Assembly: GCA_902805775.1 (NCBI GenBank) | Contig: CADCUB010000085.1 | Location: forward strand, 17,184 to 81,183 | Length of the DNA: 64,000 nucleotides | DNA from: an uncultured Frankineae bacterium | GTDB taxonomy: Bacteria; Actinomycetota; Actinomycetes; Mycobacteriales; SCTD01 | Direction: 5' to 3' | Part shown: piece after piece, positions 53,044 through 64,000 of the stretch | How positions within the stretch are numbered: the stretch's first letter is position 1 | How the letters are laid out: each line of letters opens with the position of its first letter | Notes under the pieces: model-generated | What the model saw: the letters and a program-made list of their open reading frames with translations, nothing else | Told to the model about the DNA's origin: nothing | The model's database searches: none | Position numbers and translations under genes: made by a program

Positions 53044-54183
53044 TCAGAGCAGCTCGAGGACGGTGGCGTTGGCCTGTCCGCCGCCTTCGCACATGGTCTG
53101 CAGCCCGTAGCGGACACCGTTGTCGCGCATGTGGTGGACGAGCGTCGTCATGAGCCGCGCTCCTGAGCCGCCGAGCGGGTGCCCGAGCGCGATGGCACCG
53201 CCGAGCGGGTTGACGGTCTTGTCGTCGGCACCGATGTCGTGCATCCAGGCCAGCGGCACGCTGGCGAAGGCCTCGTTGACCTCGTAGGCACCGATGTCGG
53301 ACACCGACAGTCCGGACCGCTGCAGCGCCTTGGCGGTGGCGGGCATCGGTGCGTGGAGCATCGGCATCGGCGAGGTCGCCGCGAGGACCGCCGTGTGGAT
53401 GCGCGCCATCGGGGTCAGGCCGAGCTCAGCCGCCTTCTCGCTGCTCGTGATGAGCAGGGCCGCTGCGCCGTCGGAGATCTGCGAGCTGTTGGCGGCGGTG
53501 ATCTTCCCGTCGGGACGGAACGCCGGAGCCAGTCCGGCCAGCGTCTCGAGGGTGGAACCGACCCGGATGCCCTCGTCGGTGCTCACCACGGCGTCGGGCG
53601 TGGTCACCGGCGCGATCTGGGCGTCGAAGCGCCCTTCGGCCGTGGCCGCGGCCGCGCGCTCGTGCGAGCGCAGCGCGTACTCGTCGAGCTGGGCGCGCGA
53701 CAGGCCCCACCGGTCGGCGATCTCCTCCGCCCCGACGCCCTGGTTGGGGAAGTCAGGGCCGTAGCGGGCCACGTAGCCCTCCCCCAGCGGGCTCGCGGTG
53801 AAGGTGCTCCCCATCGGCGTGCGCGACATGACCTCGACGCCACCGGCGACGGCCACGTCGTACTGCCCGCTGATCACGCCGGCGGCGGCGAAGTGCACCG
53901 CCTGCTGCGAGGAGCCGCACTGCCGGTCGACGGTCGTGCCGGGGACCGACTCCGGCCAGCCCGCGGACAGCACGGCGGTGCGGGCGATGTCGAAGGTCTG
54001 CTCGCCCACCTGCGACACGCAGCCCCACACGACGTCGTCGACCAGAGCCGGGTCGAGGCCGCTGCGCTGGACCAGGGCGGTCAGGACGTGGGCGGACAGG
54101 TCGGCCGAGTGGACCCCCCTGAGCCCGCCGTTGCGCTTGCCGGTCGGCGTGCGGACCGCTTCGACGATGACGGCATCACGCAT
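53044..54183 (-). CDS. acetyl-CoA C-acyltransferase (thiolase)
   Basis: 379 aa with an ATG start. Active-site Cys in VDRQCGSSQQA and C-terminal motifs NPLGGAIALGHPLG and CEGGGQANA. Confidence 0.9.
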   Translation of the reverse strand: MRDAVIVEAVRTPTGKRNGGLRGVHSADLSAHVLTALVQRSGLDPALVDDVVWGCVSQVGEQTFDIARTAVLSAGWPESVPGTTVDRQCGSSQQAVHFAAAGVISGQYDVAVAGGVEVMSRTPMGSTFTASPLGEGYVARYGPDFPNQGVGAEEIADRWGLSRAQLDEYALRSHERAAAATAEGRFDAQIAPVTTPDAVVSTDEGIRVGSTLETLAGLAPAFRPDGKITAANSSQISDGAAALLITSSEKAAELGLTPMARIHTAVLAATSPMPMLHAPMPATAKALQRSGLSVSDIGAYEVNEAFASVPLAWMHDIGADDKTVNPLGGAIALGHPLGGSGARLMTTLVHHMRDNGVRYGLQTMCEGGGQANATVLELL

Positions 54184-54251
54184 GACCGGCTCCTCGCTCG
54201 TGAACGACGGTTCACGCAGTGTACGACCGAGGGCGCACCCGGCGCCGTCGG

Positions 54252-55127
54252 TCAGCGAGCCCCGAGCGACAGGGTCCGTACGGCGACCAGGGCGACGAGC
54301 ACGACCAGGACGGCGGCGCAGGCGAGGGCGTGCAGCCGGTCGCGTCCGGGGCCGCGGGGGGCGTAGGCGAAGGCGACGGCCAGGACCGCTCCGGTCACCA
54401 GCCCGCCGAGGTGCGCCCGCCAGTCGATGATGGGGACCGTGACGGTGATCACCAGGTTGATCGCGAGCAGCACCACGATGGAGCTCGTCTCGCCGCCCAG
54501 CCTGCGCACGACCACGTAGTAGGCGCCGAACAACCCGAAGATCGCTCCCGATGCACCGACGCCGAGCTGCAACGGTGACGACAGCAGGTACGACAGCACC
54601 GACCCGCCCAGCGCGGACAGCAGGTACAGCGCGACGAAGCGCAGCCGGCCCAGCGCCGCCTCGAGGACCGGCCCGAGCTGTGCCAGCGCGAACATGTTCA
54701 GCAGCAGGTGGAAGATCCCGCCGTGCAGGAAGGCCGCTGTCAACAGGCGGTAGTACTCGCCGTCGGCGACCCCGAGCTGCCCCGGAGTGCCGGCGATGTT
54801 GCCGAAGCGCACCTGCAGCCCGCCCTCCCCCACCGCCACGCCGAGCACGAACACCGCGACGTTGAGCACGACGATCGTCAGGCTCACCCGGCTGGTGTCA
54901 CCGGTGACGCGTCCGCCGAAGGTGGTCCGTGGTGCCCGCACCGTGGCGGCGCCCTGGGCGACGCACTCGGGGCAGTGGAAGCCGACCGACGCCGACCGCA
55001 TGCAGTCGGGGCAGATCGGCCGGTCGCAGCGCGTGCACCGGATCCAGGTCTCGCGGTCCGGGTGGCGGTAGCAGGCCGGGGCCAGGTCGCTGCCGTCCTC
55101 CGGACGCGGGTCGGCGGAGGACGTCAG
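54252..55127 (-). CDS. rhomboid family intramembrane serine protease with N-terminal zinc-ribbon. Start is non-canonical (probable CTG).
   Basis: Catalytic GASGAIFG and a His in AHLGGL. The Cys-rich N-terminal module CYRHPDRETWIRCTRCDRPICPDC lies upstream of the first ATG/GTG/TTG (55001) in the same high-GC3 frame. The CTG at 55127 overlaps the ppiA stop (CTGA). Confidence 0.7.
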   Translation of the reverse strand: MTSSADPRPEDGSDLAPACYRHPDRETWIRCTRCDRPICPDCMRSASVGFHCPECVAQGAATVRAPRTTFGGRVTGDTSRVSLTIVVLNVAVFVLGVAVGEGGLQVRFGNIAGTPGQLGVADGEYYRLLTAAFLHGGIFHLLLNMFALAQLGPVLEAALGRLRFVALYLLSALGGSVLSYLLSSPLQLGVGASGAIFGLFGAYYVVVRRLGGETSSIVVLLAINLVITVTVPIIDWRAHLGGLVTGAVLAVAFAYAPRGPGRDRLHALACAAVLVVLVALVAVRTLSLGAR

Positions 55128-55654
55128 CTGTCGACCCGCTCGACCTCGATCGACGAGATCACGACGTCGGTCTGCGGGCGGTCCTGACGCCCGACAGGTG
55201 TGGCCGCGATCTTGTCCACCGTCTCCCGGCTGGCGGCGTCGGCGACCTCGCCGAAGATCGTGTGCTTCATGTTCAGGTGGGGCGTCGGACCGACCGTGAC
55301 GAAGAACTGCGAGCCGTTGGTCCCGGGGCCGGCGTTCGCCATCGCCAGCAGGTACGGGCGGTCGAAGCGCAGCTCGGGGTGGAACTCGTCCTTGAAGCGG
55401 TAACCGGGGCCGCCGGTGCCCGTGCCCAGCGGGTCGCCGCCCTGGATCATGAAGCCGTTGATGACCCGGTGGAAGACCGTGCCGGCGTAGAGGGAGCCCT
55501 CGCCCTTCCTGCCGGTCTTGGGGTCGGTCCAGTCGGTGGACCCCTCGGCCAGGCCGACGAAGTTCTGCACCGTCTTGGGCGCGTGGTCCGGGAACAGCTT
55601 GATCCGGATGGGCCCGAGGCTGGTGGTGAGGGTGGCGTAGAGCTCGCTGGCCAC
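55124..55654 (-). CDS. ppiA: cyclophilin-type peptidyl-prolyl cis-trans isomerase
   Basis: GTG at 55654 with AGGAG 7 nt upstream. Motifs FHRVINGFMIQGGDP and SQFFVT. Confidence 0.92.
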   Translation of the reverse strand: MASELYATLTTSLGPIRIKLFPDHAPKTVQNFVGLAEGSTDWTDPKTGRKGEGSLYAGTVFHRVINGFMIQGGDPLGTGTGGPGYRFKDEFHPELRFDRPYLLAMANAGPGTNGSQFFVTVGPTPHLNMKHTIFGEVADAASRETVDKIAATPVGRQDRPQTDVVISSIEVERVDS

Positions 55655-56115
55655 GCGGGCGCTCCTAGTCGTGGGAGTCGGGTCTGTGCGTCCGGTCGGC
55701 GGCACGGGGGCGTGCGCCGGTCCGCGTCGAGTCTCGCACGCACGACCGCCGGCGGCTCCGTGGCAGGCTGTCGCGACGCTCACCGGGACAGTGCCATCCG
55801 CAGCGGACGGGGACGGGCGACAGGGGGGATCGAGGGTGCAGGACCGCGGAGCTCGAGCCGCAGCACGGACTCTTGCGCGGGGGGCTCGCGGACGGCCCGT
55901 CCCCGCACGGCGCTGGCCGTGGGCCGTCGCCGCCGTGGCCGCCGGGGCGCTGTCCGGCGCCGCCGTCGCGCTGGCGCTGCGCCGTGGCCGGGCCGGCGGC
56001 GCCGTGCAGGAGCCGGAGGAGCTGCAGGCCGTCGTCGACCGGCCGGACGGGACGACGACCGGCAGCTGAGCGGGGACCGGCCGACCGCAGCCCGCGCGAC
56101 CGACCGTCTCGCAGC

Positions 56116-56154
56116 GCACGAAGGCCCGGCGAGCGCGTCGCCGGGCCTTCGTGC
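56116..56154 (-). terminator. perfect 17-bp GC-rich hairpin immediately downstream of tRNA-Ala (no U-tract)
   Basis: gcacgaaggcccggcga-gcgcg-tcgccgggccttcgtgc. It begins 6 nt after the tRNA 3' end. Confidence 0.5.
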
Positions 56155-56159
56155 ACGGG

Positions 56160-56232
56160 TGGAGCCTGCCGGGTTCGAACCGGCGACCCTCGCGTTGCAA
56201 ACGCGATGCTCTACCAGCTGAGCTAAGGCCCC
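56160..56232 (-). tRNA. tRNA-Ala (anticodon UGC)
   Basis: The reverse complement is GGGGCCTTAGCTCAGCTGGTAGAGC... Anticodon arm TCGCG-TTTGCAA-CGCGA, the G3:U70 identity pair and a T-arm GCCGG-TTCGAAC-CCGGC. Confidence 0.93.
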
Positions 56233-56245
56233 GTGGTCAGCACAG

Positions 56246-56371
56246 TCACCGCAGGTCGGGCGGGCTCACCGCAGCCGTCCAGACCTCGCGGTCGGCGCGC
56301 CCGGCACGTGCCTGGCGCAGCAGGTAGGCGACCGCGCCGGCGATCGCGACCAGGACGGCGGACCTGCGCAC
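56246..56371 (-). CDS. DLW-39 family small membrane protein (41 aa)
   Basis: GTG at 56371 with GAGGAG 6 nt upstream. TM helix AVLVAIAGAVAYLL followed by RQARAGRADREVWTAA, the family pattern. The track ORF 56246..56449 runs into tRNA-Ile. Confidence 0.65.
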   Translation of the reverse strand: MRRSAVLVAIAGAVAYLLRQARAGRADREVWTAAVSPPDLR

Positions 56372-56416
56372 GACGCGCTCCTCGCTGCTCGACCGACGAG
56401 ACGGCTTCCGGGTGGG

Positions 56417-56490
56417 TGGGCCTGGGAGGACTTGAACCTCCGGCCTCATCCTTATCAGGGATGCGCTCTAACCGCCTGAGCTACAGGCCC
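56417..56490 (-). tRNA. tRNA-Ile (anticodon GAU)
   Basis: The reverse complement is GGGCCTGTAGCTCAGGCGGTTAGAGCGC... Anticodon arm CATCC-CTGATAA-GGATG and T-arm GGAGG-TTCAAGT-CCTCC. Confidence 0.93.
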
Positions 56491-56535
56491 GGAGTGCCCG
56501 CAGGCACGGTCGGCGAGACTACCACCTCGACCGGC

Positions 56536-57147
56536 TCAGCCGTCGCGCTCGCCCAGCGTGACCTCGACACCGCCGGTGAACGAGGCGCACAGGTTGTACA
56601 GCAGTGCACCGAGCGTCGCGAGCAGCGTGAGCAGGACGACGTTGACCGCAGCCAGCACCGCAGCCCCTCCGACCACCCTCCGGGACGTGACGAGCGGGGG
56701 GCCGTCGGCGTCGACCACCTCCGCGAACAGCTGGTTCACCGACGACTGGACGCCGAGGCCGTCCAGCACGGCGTAGAGGGCCGCCACGGCCGTCACCAGG
56801 GCGATGCCGAGCAGCACGGCCGCGATCAGGGAGAAGACGAACACCGACCAGGGGTCGATGCGCTTGAGCGCCAGCCGGGCCTTGCGCGCCCGTGCCGCAG
56901 GCCTGGCCCTGTCCTCGGCACGCACGGCGGCTGCCGAGCGCGGCGGCGGACGGCGGGAAGCGCTGCTCAGCACGCTCGTCGAGCCCGTCGCTGGAGTCGC
57001 GGACGGGGCCGGAGGCTGCGCCGGGGAGGCCGCCTGCGGGACTCCAGCGCCGGCCGGCGCGGCTCCGCTCGCAGAGGTGCCGGTCGTCGCGGGAGGCGCG
57101 GTCGCGGTCGGGGCGGTCGCGGTGTCGGGTCCCTGGGGCGCGGTCAC
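56536..57147 (-). CDS. DUF3566 domain-containing membrane protein
   Basis: The GTG overlaps the gyrA stop (GTGA). Pro/Ala/Thr-rich N-terminus, then the conserved [13 protein letters not shown]...[16 protein letters not shown] domain. Confidence 0.85.
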   Translation of the reverse strand: MTAPQGPDTATAPTATAPPATTGTSASGAAPAGAGVPQAASPAQPPAPSATPATGSTSVLSSASRRPPPRSAAAVRAEDRARPAARARKARLALKRIDPWSVFVFSLIAAVLLGIALVTAVAALYAVLDGLGVQSSVNQLFAEVVDADGPPLVTSRRVVGGAAVLAAVNVVLLTLLATLGALLYNLCASFTGGVEVTLGERDG

Positions 57148-59921
57148 ACCGGGCCCTCCTCGTCGTCGTCGAGCGGTGCGTCAGGTCCGGACGGACCGTC
57201 GGCGGCCGCTCCGGGGGGTGCTGCATCGTCCGGCCCGGGGCCGTCCGGCCCCGGGTCGTCGACCAGCATGGCACTCCCGGACCCGCTGACCGACCCGTTG
57301 AGCGCAGTGTCCTGGCCCGGTGCTGCGTCACCGGTCCCGGCAGCGTCACCCGACCCCTCGTCATCGGCCGGCTCCTCGTCGCCCGTCGGTGCCTCGTCGC
57401 CCGTCGGTGCCTCGTCACCGAGGGGCAGGACCTGCTCCGCCGCGGCCTCGCCGTTGTGCGCCACGGCCACGACGGTCGCTCCTGCGGCGAGGGCGACCAG
57501 CTTGACCCCTCCTGTCGGACGCGAGAGCAGGCGCAGGGGCTGCACCGACATGCGGATGACGACGCCGGTGCTCGTGATGGCGAAGATCTCGTCGGCGTCG
57601 CGCACGATGAGCGCACCGACCAGCTGTCCCCGTCCCTCGGGCATCTTGGCTGTGAGAACGCCGTAGCCACCGCGCTTCTGGACGCGGTACTCCTTGAGCG
57701 CCGTGCGCTTGCCGAAGCCTCCGTCGGAGACGACGAGCAGCGCCGTGGTCTCCTCGTCGCCACCGGCCGGGGCGACCTGCATGGCCAGCAGCTCGTCGCC
57801 GGGCCGCAGGGCCATGCCGATGACACCGGAGGTCGCCCGGCCCATCGGGCGCAGCGCCTCGTTGCCGGCGGTGAAGCGGATGGAGTTGGCCTGCCGGCTG
57901 ACGAGCAGCAGGTCGTCCTCGTCGCTGATGAGCGCGGCGGCGATGAGCTCGTCGTCCTCGCGCAGGTTGATGGCGATCAGGCCGTTCGATCGCCCGTTGT
58001 CGTACTCCGACAGCGACGTCTTCTTCACCAGTCCCTTGCGGGTGGCCAGGACGAGGTAGGGCGCGGCGGCGTAGTCGCGCAGCGCGATGACCTGCGCGAT
58101 CCGCTCGTCGGGCTGGAAGGCCAGGATGTTCGCGACGTGCTGCCCGCGACCGTTGCGGTTGGCCTCGGGCAGCTCGTGGGCCTTGGCGCGGTAGACCCGG
58201 CCCTTGTCGGTGAAGAACAGCAGCCAGTGGTGGGTCGTCGTGACGAAGAAGCGCTCGACGATGTCGTCCTGCTTGAGCGAGGCACCCTGCACCCCGCGGC
58301 CGCCGCGGCGCTGCGAGCGGTAGAGGTCGGTCTTGGTGCGCTTGGCGTAGCCGCCGCGCGTCACCGTGACGACGACGTCCTCCTGCGCGATGAAGTCCTC
58401 GGCGCTCATGTCGCCCTCGTAGGCCACGACACGGGTGCGGCGCTCGTCGCCGTAGCGCTCGACGATCTCGCCGAGCTCCTCGCCGATGATGACGCGCTGA
58501 CGTGCCGGGTCGGCGAGAATGGCCTGCAGGTCGGCGATCTCGCGCTCGCGCTCGGCGAGCTCGTCCATGAGCCGCTGCCGCTCGAGGGCGGCCAGCCGGC
58601 GCAGCTGCATGTCGAGGATGGCCACCGCCTGCACCTCGTCGATCTCGAGCAGCGCCATCAGGTCGCTGCGCGCCGCCTCGGCGCTGGCCGATGCGCGGAT
58701 CAGCGCGATGACGTCGTCGAGCCGGTCGAGCGCCTTGGCCAGCGCACGCAGGATGTGCGCACGCTCCTCCGCCCGGCGCAGCTGGAACCGGGTGCGCCGC
58801 ACGATCACGTCGACCTGGTGGGCGACGTAGTAGCGGACGAACTCGTCCAGCCGCAGGGTGCGCGGCACCCCGTCGACGATGGCGAGCATGTTGCAGCCGA
58901 AGGTGTACTGCAGCTGGGTGTGCTTGTAGAGGTTGTTCAGGACGACCTTGGCGACAGCGTCGCGCTTGAGCACGACGACCAACCGCTGGCCCAGGCGCTG
59001 CGAGCCCTCGTCGCGGACGTCCGCGATGCCGGCGACGCGGCCGTCACGGACCAGATCGGCGATGGACTCGGCGAGGTTGTCGGGGTTCACCTGGTACGGC
59101 AGCTCGCTGACGACCAGGATCGTCCGGCCCTTGGCGTCCTCGTCGACCTCGACGACGGCGCGCATGCGCACCGAGCCGCGGCCGGTGCGGTAGGCCTCCT
59201 CGATGCCGCTGCGGCCGACGATGAGTCCGCCGGTCGGGAAGTCCGGTCCCTGGATGCGGGCCAGCAGGGCGTCGAGGACCTCGTCGGGCGACGCGTCCGG
59301 GTGGTCGAGCACCCACTGCACGCCCGAGGCCACCTCCCGCAGGTTGTGCGGCGGGATGTTGGTCGCCATCCCCACCGCGATGCCGGACGAGCCGTTCACC
59401 AGCAGGTTCGGGATGCGGCTCGGCAGGATCGTCGGCTCCTGCGAGCGCCCGTCGTAGTTGGGGTTGAGATCGACTGTGTCCTGGTCGATCTCGCGCAGCA
59501 TCTCCATGGCCAGCGGCGCCAGTCGGCACTCGGTGTAGCGCATGGCTGCCGCCGGGTCGTTGCCCGGGGAGCCGAAGTTGCCGTTGCCGTCGACGAGCGG
59601 GTAGCGCATGGACCACGGCTGCGCGAGGCGCACCAGGGTGTCGTAGATCGCGCCGTCGCCGTGGGGGTGGTAGTTGCCCATCACGTCGCCGACGACGCGC
59701 GCGCACTTGAAGTACCCGCGGTCGGGGCGGTAGCCGCCGTCGTACATCGCGTACAGCACGCGTCGGTGCACCGGCTTCAGACCGTCCCGCACCTCGGGCA
59801 GAGCTCGGCCGACGATGACGGACATCGCGTAGTCGAGGTACGAGCGCTGCATCTCGACCTCGATGCCCACGGGCTCGACCCGGTCGCCGGGCGGTGGTGG
59901 CGGGGGCAGGACGTCGGTCAC
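57144..59921 (-). CDS. gyrA: DNA gyrase subunit A with extended acidic C-terminal tail
   Basis: 925 aa. [24 protein letters not shown], the catalytic Tyr context AAMRYTE, a beta-pinwheel C-terminal domain, then an Asp/Glu/Gly/Pro-rich tail of about 100 aa. Confidence 0.96.
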   Translation of the reverse strand: MTDVLPPPPPPGDRVEPVGIEVEMQRSYLDYAMSVIVGRALPEVRDGLKPVHRRVLYAMYDGGYRPDRGYFKCARVVGDVMGNYHPHGDGAIYDTLVRLAQPWSMRYPLVDGNGNFGSPGNDPAAAMRYTECRLAPLAMEMLREIDQDTVDLNPNYDGRSQEPTILPSRIPNLLVNGSSGIAVGMATNIPPHNLREVASGVQWVLDHPDASPDEVLDALLARIQGPDFPTGGLIVGRSGIEEAYRTGRGSVRMRAVVEVDEDAKGRTILVVSELPYQVNPDNLAESIADLVRDGRVAGIADVRDEGSQRLGQRLVVVLKRDAVAKVVLNNLYKHTQLQYTFGCNMLAIVDGVPRTLRLDEFVRYYVAHQVDVIVRRTRFQLRRAEERAHILRALAKALDRLDDVIALIRASASAEAARSDLMALLEIDEVQAVAILDMQLRRLAALERQRLMDELAEREREIADLQAILADPARQRVIIGEELGEIVERYGDERRTRVVAYEGDMSAEDFIAQEDVVVTVTRGGYAKRTKTDLYRSQRRGGRGVQGASLKQDDIVERFFVTTTHHWLLFFTDKGRVYRAKAHELPEANRNGRGQHVANILAFQPDERIAQVIALRDYAAAPYLVLATRKGLVKKTSLSEYDNGRSNGLIAINLREDDELIAAALISDEDDLLLVSRQANSIRFTAGNEALRPMGRATSGVIGMALRPGDELLAMQVAPAGGDEETTALLVVSDGGFGKRTALKEYRVQKRGGYGVLTAKMPEGRGQLVGALIVRDADEIFAITSTGVVIRMSVQPLRLLSRPTGGVKLVALAAGATVVAVAHNGEAAAEQVLPLGDEAPTGDEAPTGDEEPADDEGSGDAAGTGDAAPGQDTALNGSVSGSGSAMLVDDPGPDGPGPDDAAPPGAAADGPSGPDAPLDDDEEGPV
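57375..57416 (-). repeat. 18-nt tandem duplication inside the gyrA tail-coding region
   Basis: ctcgtcgcccgtcggtgc occurs twice back to back (57375-57392 and 57393-57410) plus a partial third copy. It encodes [15 protein letters not shown]. Confidence 0.9.
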
Positions 59922-59991
59922 GAAGGTCCCTTCTCAGGTCTGTTCCACGTGGAACGAGCGGGGGGTCGCACGGCGAGGCGGGTCGGTCGAC

Positions 59992-62981
<2,990 letters not shown>

Positions 62982-62992
<11 letters not shown>

Positions 62993-64000
62993 GCGTCACC
63001 TCCCCGTCGCGCACGTCCCAGCGACTGCCGGTGAGCGCGTCCGGGACGTCCGCCGGCACCGCCGCGGTGACCAGGACCTGCTCCGCACCGGCCACGAGCG
63101 CCGCCAGCCGGTCACGGCGGCCCTCGTCGAGCTCGGCGAAGACGTCGTCGAGGACCAGCACCGGCTCGCCGCCGTCGGCCCGGAGCAGCTCGTAGGACGC
63201 CAGGCGCAGCGCCAGCGCGAACGACCACGACTCGCCGTGCGAGGCGTACCCCTTGACCGGCAGGTCCGACAGCTCGAGGACCAGCTCGTCTCGGTGCGGT
63301 CCGACCAGGGAGATCCCGCGCTCGAGCTCCTGCGGCCGCACCCGGGACAGCTCGGCCAGCAGCGCCGCGCCGAGGGCGTCCCGGTCCCGGCTCGGTGCCC
63401 CGTCGACGGTGGGCAGCGCCTCGCCCAGCGACGACCGGTAGGCCAGCCCGGTGGCTCCGCGGGCTCCGGCACCTCCCACGGCCACCGCCCGGTAGGCGGT
63501 CGCCACCCGGGGACGCAGCGCCTCCACCAGGGCCAGCCGGGCCCCCAGCAGGTCTGCGCCGGTCCGGGCCAGGTGGGCGTCCCAGACGTCGAGGGTGGGC
63601 AGGTCCGCGCCGCCCGGTGGACGCCCGCTCCGGCGCGCCGACGCCGTCTTCAGCAGCGCGTTGCGCTGCTTGAGCACCCGGTCGTAGTCGGCGCGGACCC
63701 CGGCGTAGCGCGGAGCGGTCGCCACCAGCAGGTCGTCGAGGAACGCGCGGCGCTCTGCGGGGTCGCCGCGGACGAGCGCGAGGTCCTCGGGCGCGAACAG
63801 CACCGTGCGCAGGACGCCGAGCACCTCCCGCGCACGCGGCAGGGGAGCGCGGTTGAGCCGGGCGCGGTTGGCGCGCCCGGGGTTCACCTCGAGCTCGACC
63901 AGTGTGCTGCGTCCGTCGCGCTCCACCCTGGCTCGTACGACGGCGCGCTCAGCACCCGCCCGCACCAGCGGCGCGTCGGAGGCCACCCGGTGCGAGCCCA
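62982..64000 (-). CDS. recF: DNA replication/repair protein RecF (5'-truncated by the window edge)
   Basis: The reading frame stays open to position 64000 (..[17 protein letters not shown]..). RecF body with [19 protein letters not shown], signature [15 protein letters not shown] and Walker [12 protein letters not shown]. The N-terminal Walker A lies outside the window. Confidence 0.92.

Noticed and set aside
55211-55219. Additional DnaA-box-like 9-mers inside coding regions: TTGTCCACC in ppiA, GTGTCCACA in the SPL-like gene near 34951, and GGATCCACA on the minus strand in rodA near 44255
   Set aside because: They are single, imperfect and intragenic. Such matches are expected by chance in 64 kb.

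Overview
This window is a GC-rich (roughly 70-75% by eye), almost fully coding segment of an actinobacterial chromosome. I saw no rRNA, CRISPR array, transposase, integrase or prophage signature.

Positions 41-64 kb hold the conserved origin-proximal block known from Mycobacterium, Streptomyces and Corynebacterium. All of it lies on the minus strand except the pknB operon and crgA. The order from the right edge is recF (partial), DUF721/DciA, gyrB, gyrA, DUF3566, tRNA-Ile, DLW-39 mini-protein, tRNA-Ala, ppiA, rhomboid, thiolase, crgA, DUF881, class E sortase, small membrane protein, trpG, then pknB-pknA-pbpA-rodA-pstP-fhaB-fhaA, and tRNA-Leu. oriC, dnaA and dnaN should therefore lie just beyond 64000.

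Positions 0-41 kb hold housekeeping and accessory metabolism:
- usp, an OpuA-type betaine ABC importer (proXVW) and a TauD-like dioxygenase
- tRNA-Ser and a class A PBP
- DUF4031, an HD hydrolase and a GAF domain fused to a degenerate GGDEF domain
- a patatin plus PlsC-type acyltransferase operon and a fused ABC exporter
- thioesterase, qor, a cysteine-desulfurase-like protein and the proteasome activator Bpa (C-terminal GQYL)
- serS coupled to a HAD hydrolase, a kinase-like protein, AIM24 and DUF4446
- larB-larC, two SDR enzymes, a heme-oxygenase-like di-iron protein followed by arcA, and DUF5926
- an FAD oxidoreductase, glpQ, and a radical-SAM (spore photoproduct lyase-like) gene followed by an Fpg/Nei glycosylase
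- pncB-pncA-nrtR
- an uncharacterised lipoprotein / 10-TM / mini-protein operon divergent from a rhodanese gene

Most long ORFs in the supplied track are mirror-frame or N-terminally over-extended artefacts typical of high-GC DNA. I re-set starts using homology-like N-termini, Shine-Dalgarno motifs and the very frequent 4-nt stop/start overlaps (ATGA/GTGA).

I found no clear-cut novel system such as a defence island or biosynthetic cluster. The best leads are:
- the coupled envelope operon at 38.6-40.6 kb
- the HDO-like/arcA pair
- the SPL-like/Nei operon that shares a control region with the NrtR-linked NAD salvage genes
- a rhomboid gene with no canonical start codon
- a head-to-head DnaA-box-like palindrome next to crgA
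- mini-ORFs that bridge coupled genes
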